Source of the DNA: a virus
Taxonomy: Duplodnaviria > Caudoviricetes
Length of the DNA: 32,283 nucleotides
IMG/VR virus record: IMGVR_UViG_3300022862_000018
Location: 1 to 32,283 of that record
Strand: one strand, 5' to 3'
Positions 28,136 through 32,283 of the stretch are shown piece by piece; position 1 is the first letter of the stretch, and the number at the start of each line of letters is the position of its first letter. Made by a program: the position numbers and the translations under genes. A model generated the notes under the pieces. That model did not search any database. It had not been told where the DNA came from and worked only from the letters and a program-made list of their open reading frames with translations.

Positions 28136-28318
28136 TTAAATATCTAAAATTTTTCGAATATGCTTAATGTGTTCCTGAGCTTTCGGACCTGACTTATTAC
28201 CACGAATGATGTCTGATAGATAAGCAGTTGAAATTCCAACCATTGCAGCAAGCTCTTTTTGACTCATCTTTTTTTTGAATAATTCACTTCTTACTTGAGC
28301 CCCTAAATCTTCCGACAT
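28136..28318 (-). CDS. Cro-like XRE HTH regulator
   Basis: MSQKELAAMVGISTAYLSDIIRG. Confidence 0.88.
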   Translation of the reverse strand: MSEDLGAQVRSELFKKKMSQKELAAMVGISTAYLSDIIRGNKSGPKAQEHIKHIRKILDI

Positions 28319-28345
28319 GCTATAGCCTCCTTTCTATTGGACAGT

Positions 28346-29044
28346 TCAACTAAAAACCATTTGGCTATTACAACTGTCAATTTCAATCTGTAGTGATGTG
28401 GAAGGCCTCCATAAGCTAATGAATCTTAATGCTTCCTCATACTTTACTTTTGGTATATCTCCGTACCTCGGAACTTTAAAATATTGCTTGAACTCATTCC
28501 AGAATGCGGAGAACACTTTTTTACTAATTTCCTGATAAGCGTTTGAATCCTTCCCACCAAGAGCATGAACAATTGAATGTTTAGCAGCTTGCTGGATTTC
28601 TTGTTGTTGTAGGCCATCTATTCGCATGCTCTCTTTTAGGTAGTCCACATCTGTTTTGATTTCCTTGATAGCCTGTTCATGTTCAAGTGCTGCTTTTAAG
28701 GCAAGCTCTAAACTGTTGTATTGAGGTAATTGCTGTTTGTAGCGTTTTTCTACCTCAATGAAGTATTGTCGAGCCTGTTTACCTTTTTCATTACGTTGAA
28801 TCATGGAAATTTCTTTGGCCATGTCAATTTTTAAAGCATGGTCTTGCGTAGGTCTGCCTCCTTGAGGTTTTTCACTTTTTTGTGATAAACCTATAAAATC
28901 AATGTTCTCAACAAACCCATACTCAATCATTCGTTCGAACCATTGTGTGTATGGTGTTTTCACTTCTAAAAACTCATGAAGTTCACGGCCACTTACAATG
29001 ATTTCGCCTTGCTCATTAGTTGTTGTTGTAATTAATTGATTCAA
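28346..29044 (-). CDS. Antirepressor (AntA/AntB N-domain + ORF6C-like C-domain)
   Basis: VSGRELHEFLEV, GGRP, DMAKEISMIQRNEKGKQARQYFI; YFKVPRY.DIP...YEEA. Confidence 0.9.
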   Translation of the reverse strand: MNQLITTTTNEQGEIIVSGRELHEFLEVKTPYTQWFERMIEYGFVENIDFIGLSQKSEKPQGGRPTQDHALKIDMAKEISMIQRNEKGKQARQYFIEVEKRYKQQLPQYNSLELALKAALEHEQAIKEIKTDVDYLKESMRIDGLQQQEIQQAAKHSIVHALGGKDSNAYQEISKKVFSAFWNEFKQYFKVPRYGDIPKVKYEEALRFISLWRPSTSLQIEIDSCNSQMVFS

Positions 29045-29105
29045 ATTGTTTTCCTCCCTCCCTTTACCTTTCTGTTACAATTTTGATAGAAAGGTAGGTG
29101 ATTCA

Positions 29106-29402
29106 GTGGATCTCTCTATTTACATAAAACTAGTTATTGCAAATAAATTTGGCAAAGTTAAAATCAAACCCAAATTTAAGCATCTTGATTACATGACTGA
29201 TAATAATTTTGTTACCCCTATACTTGATGGAACTACAGAAATCGGTGGTTGGCCGATGCTGACACATAGTGATTGGTATACCATTACATCTGATGGTAAA
29301 AAAGCTATGTGGGATAAAGGTAATTTGTTAGTTACAAGAATAATTGCATGGTTAGCATTGCTAATTAGTTTGACTGCATTATTGGTTAATTACTTAAAGT
29401 GA
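29106..29402 (+). CDS. 98-aa protein with C-terminal membrane anchor (antisense moron)
   Basis: GTG start after AGAAAGGTAGGTGA; extended -10 TGtTACAAT; YTITSDG wHTH-like wing, C-terminal hydrophobic helix. Confidence 0.72.
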   Translation: MDLSIYIKLVIANKFGKVKIKPKFKHLDYMTDNNFVTPILDGTTEIGGWPMLTHSDWYTITSDGKKAMWDKGNLLVTRIIAWLALLISLTALLVNYLK

Positions 29403-29610
29403 AAATTAGAGCTAATACAGATACAAATAACGCTAAAATTGATACTTTAAGGTCAACTTCTTTTATTCTTGATTCATCATTATTAGGTTTCCGACAATAG
29501 GAACAATAGTTATCACTTTTAAGTATTGATGAACCGCAACGCCTACAATTTACTCGATATACCTCACTCGTTGTTACAGCAACCTGTGAGGATTTTTTAT
29601 TGTCCTCCAC
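29386..29610 (-). CDS. Zn-ribbon protein with C-terminal membrane anchor; first gene of the early operon
   Basis: CRRCG...NYCSYC; C-terminal hydrophobic helix; GTG start after GAGGTGA (alternative 29631). Confidence 0.68.
   Translation of the reverse strand: MEDNKKSSQVAVTTSEVYRVNCRRCGSSILKSDNYCSYCRKPNNDESRIKEVDLKVSILALFVSVLALIFTLSN
29562..29600 (+). terminator. Plus-strand terminator embedded in the Zn-ribbon gene
   Basis: CCTCAC-TC-GTTGT-TACA-GCAAC-CT-GTGAGG-ATTTTTTAT. Confidence 0.65.
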
Positions 29611-29716
29611 ACTTCTCACCTCATCCTTCATTAAATATTCATACCGTCATTGGCTCGGTATCACAGCGCTTCGATTATTATATAAGCTAAATTATTAGCT
29701 AATTTGACTATAGACA

Positions 29717-29745
29717 TTGACAATATTTAAAACTAGTTTTAATAT
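29717..29745 (+). promoter_or_regulatory. SigA-type promoter for repressor operon, with operator in the spacer
   Basis: TTGACA-17-TAATAT; palindrome TAAAACTAGTTTTA at 29728-29741. Confidence 0.75.
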
Positions 29746-29875
29746 AAAGACATAGCTAAATAAGACTTTAAAAGCCTGTTAGATCACCATTTTTTACACG
29801 TTCCCCAACGATAAAATGATTTTTATTAGGTTGTCTTTTCTATTGTCTTTTTAGCTAACAACTTAGCTTACCTAG

Positions 29876-29904
29876 AGTATATTAAAACTAATTTTAAAAA
29901 TCAA
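29876..29904 (-). promoter_or_regulatory. SigA-type early lytic promoter, with operator in the spacer
   Basis: TTGATT-17-TATACT; TAAAACTAATTTTA at 29883-29896 and TAAAACTAGTTTTA at 29914-29927. Confidence 0.75.
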
Positions 29905-29961
29905 GCATTAATTTAAAACTAGTTTTATTTTTCAGGTTTTTAAATGGGAGGAAACATTGAT

Positions 29962-30384
29962 ATGACTGCGTTTGACATTCTAAAAAATCTTTGTGATGAA
30001 CAGGGTATATCAGTAAATACACTTGAAGAAAAAATAGGACTTGGTAAAAACACGCTTTATTCATGGAAAAAAAATACTCCAAAAGGAAGTAACCTAATTA
30101 GAGTAGCCGATTATTTCGATGTAAGCACTGACTACCTACTAGGACGAACAGATAAAAAACGTTACTATGACTTAACAGAAAAAGATGAACGTGATATAGA
30201 AAGAGATCTGGAGCGTATCCTTAACAGTGCGGAAAGTGAACTCGGTCTTGCTTCATTCGATGGACGAGTATTAGATGAGATGGATCAAGAGGACAGGGAA
30301 CTATACATTACCTCATTGAGAAATGCTTTAAGATTGCATAAGAGACTTGCAAAGAAAAAATTCACTCCTAAAAAGTATAGATAA
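29962..30384 (+). CDS. ImmR/CI-like XRE repressor
   Basis: HTH LEEKIGL..NTLYSW...VADYFDVSTDYLLGR; C-terminal KKFTPKKYR; ATG after GGGAGG. Confidence 0.9.
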   Translation: MTAFDILKNLCDEQGISVNTLEEKIGLGKNTLYSWKKNTPKGSNLIRVADYFDVSTDYLLGRTDKKRYYDLTEKDERDIERDLERILNSAESELGLASFDGRVLDEMDQEDRELYITSLRNALRLHKRLAKKKFTPKKYR

Positions 30385-30403
30385 ATAGATAAGGCGTGAT
30401 GTT

Positions 30404-30853
30404 ATGGATACAAATAAATTGATTAAACAATTAATAAAAAAGTACGGTACATCTAATCCTTTTAAAATTGCCAAGGCTATGGATATAACGATTGTCTATG
30501 AAGATTTAGGGAGTTCATGGGGTTATTTCAGTAATCTATACCGAACTTTTATTATCCACATAAACAAGAATTTATCATATGAAAAACAAATGCTAACTTG
30601 TGCTCATGAACTAGGTCATGTTATTAAACATCCTGAGCACAATATGGCATTTTTAAAAGCAAACACATTTTTTTCAACAGATAAATATGAAACGGAAGCC
30701 AATCTATTTGCTGTTGAATTACTATTTTCTGATAACAATAATTCTATTACTTATGAAGAAGCTGTGAATACATATGGAATACCTGAACAATTTCTAAAAA
30801 AATTTTTACCCAAAAAAGGAACATACATTCCTATCAAAGGTGGTGATAATTAA
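30404..30853 (+). CDS. ImmA/IrrE family metallo-endopeptidase
   Basis: CAHELGH and ETEANLFAVELL motifs, downstream of repressor. Confidence 0.92.
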   Translation: MDTNKLIKQLIKKYGTSNPFKIAKAMDITIVYEDLGSSWGYFSNLYRTFIIHINKNLSYEKQMLTCAHELGHVIKHPEHNMAFLKANTFFSTDKYETEANLFAVELLFSDNNNSITYEEAVNTYGIPEQFLKKFLPKKGTYIPIKGGDN

Positions 30854-30897
30854 ATTTCATATAATAGGAGATTAAATTATTCAAAGGAGATCTGTAT

Positions 30898-31992
30898 ATG
30901 GCTAGTATCACAAAGCGCGGTAGTTCATGGCAATATATGATTAATCACTATGTAGATGGCAAAAGAAAACCCATTTCAAAAGGTGGTTTTGCTACAAAGA
31001 GAGAGGCACAAATAGCTGCTGCAGAAAAAGAACTGTTATTAAAAAAAGGTAATCAAGTAATCGTTAAAGATAAACCATTTGCAAGATATTTCGAAGAATG
31101 GATTGAACTATATAAATCCAACAAACACATTAATACGTATAACAGGTATTCAAATTCTGTTGAGCGGGTCAAGGAACATTTTAAAGACAAACCAATTCAA
31201 AAAATTACTCGTGCTGATTACCAAATATTTTTAAATGCGTATGGGAAAGGTAAATCAAGAGAGACTGTTAGAAAGCTTAATACACATATAAGAGCCTGTG
31301 TAAGAGACGCAATCGAGGAAGGATATATAACAATAGACTTCACTCGTAAAGTGGAATTAAACGCTTCTAATAGTGCTAAAAAGAGTGAAGATAAACATTT
31401 GAACTATAATGATAGCGTCAAATTATACAAGGAGTTATTTAATCGTTTATCGCCTTCTACAAGTACTTACCATTTAATTTTATTAGGACTTGTATCAGGA
31501 TTACGATTTGGTGAACTGACAGGACTAACCACAGATTGTTTCGATTTTAAAACGAATCAAATAAAGGTTTATAGAGCGTGGGACTACAAAAGAGGAACTG
31601 GTTTTGGACAATTAAAAAATGAACAATCTGAAAGAAAAATCTCTATTGATAAGAAAGTTATGAATGAATTTAAGAAGCTAATTTTGGCGGTACCTGAAAA
31701 TGAAAACAATTTGGTTTTTTATAGACAATCGTCCATTAAAACAGTAACAAATGAAGGTGCAAATAAATTATTAAGAAAAACCCTAGATGCATTAGAAATC
31801 GAACATATCTCCATTCATGGTTTACGACACACACATGCGAGTGTCTTAATTTATAAAGGGGCTAATATCCATTCTGTTTCTAAACGTTTAGGACATTCAG
31901 ATATTCAAACTACCCTTGATCACTATTCGCACGTATTAAAAGAAATGGAAGAACGAGATGAAGAAATAGCGATTAATGTTTATTCATCTTAA
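30898..31992 (+). CDS. int: Tyrosine integrase
   Basis: Arm-binding KGGF.TKREA; SGLRFGE, HGLRHTH, RLGH, TTLDHYSH catalytic motifs. Confidence 0.96.
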   Translation: MASITKRGSSWQYMINHYVDGKRKPISKGGFATKREAQIAAAEKELLLKKGNQVIVKDKPFARYFEEWIELYKSNKHINTYNRYSNSVERVKEHFKDKPIQKITRADYQIFLNAYGKGKSRETVRKLNTHIRACVRDAIEEGYITIDFTRKVELNASNSAKKSEDKHLNYNDSVKLYKELFNRLSPSTSTYHLILLGLVSGLRFGELTGLTTDCFDFKTNQIKVYRAWDYKRGTGFGQLKNEQSERKISIDKKVMNEFKKLILAVPENENNLVFYRQSSIKTVTNEGANKLLRKTLDALEIEHISIHGLRHTHASVLIYKGANIHSVSKRLGHSDIQTTLDHYSHVLKEMEERDEEIAINVYSS

Positions 31993-31998
31993 TTTCTT

Positions 31999-32025
31999 TG
32001 TTCACCATGTTTACATTTTGTTTAC
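31999..32025 (+). repeat. Three TGTTYAC direct repeats, candidate integrase arm sites
   Basis: TGTTCAC 31999, TGTTTAC 32008, TGTTTAC 32019, between int stop and att core. Confidence 0.55.
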
Positions 32026-32162
32026 CTAAATTATTTTTTATATGTGATTCAATGCGATTCTTAAAAATATCAGTATAAACAAAAAACGCTCAAAACCCAG
32101 TGTTCGTAAGGTTTCAAGCGCTTTTCAGTTTGGTTAAAAATTAACCTTTGATTTGCTATTGA

Positions 32163-32236
<74 letters not shown>

Positions 32237-32283
32237 ATGATGTCGTTTCTTATGTATTCCATAGGAAGGACAATATTTATTAT

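Larger units (their letters stand above)
1..32162. mobile_element. Temperate Siphoviridae-type prophage (continues left beyond the window), integrated at tRNA-Arg(UCU)
   Basis: Canonical order integrase-immunity-replication-packaging-head-tail; integrase abuts the 3' end of a tRNA gene. Confidence 0.97.

Noticed and set aside
29641-29661. Hairpin ATACCG-TCATTGGCT-CGGTAT in the early leader
   Set aside because: No U-tract on either strand and a single copy; function cannot be supported
29894-30082. 62-aa minus ORF as a possible cro
   Set aside because: Antisense to the repressor, no HTH; starts upstream of the early promoter

Overview
The window is almost entirely the integrase-proximal ~32 kb of a temperate siphovirus prophage of a low-GC Bacillales host (genus cannot be fixed from sequence). 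It is integrated at the 3' end of a tRNA-Arg(UCU) gene at 32163-32236 (minus strand). At the right end, on the + strand, are a tyrosine integrase, an ImmA-like metallopeptidase and an ImmR/CI-like repressor. Next is a face-to-face promoter switch with two classes of palindromic operator. A minus-strand early operon follows: antirepressor, Cro-like HTH, DUF771, Gp157, Sak4-like ATPase, DUF669 SSB, NrS-1-like primase-polymerase/D5 helicase with an iteron/AT-rich origin, ERCC4 nuclease, DUF3310, an internally duplicated MazG and a RinA-like late activator. Then come AT-rich membrane-protein morons, HNH, cos region, terminases, HK97-type head, a tail module with a -1 frameshifted chaperone, tape measure, Dit and the start of Tal. 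The most notable unexplained structure: (i) two antisense morons sharing the same promoter/RBS hairpin cassette, each tail-to-tail with an early gene (DUF2513-like vs Tad2/DUF2829-like; and a pair of proteins with look-alike C-terminal membrane anchors); (ii) a family of antisense terminator hairpins with a T(G/A)CAGC apex, one defining a ~55-nt antisense RNA; (iii) a ~100-nt hairpin between the convergent switch promoters; (iv) a structured late leader with repeated CGGAAA ahead of several terminators. Family assignments are from motif recognition and synteny, not database searches.
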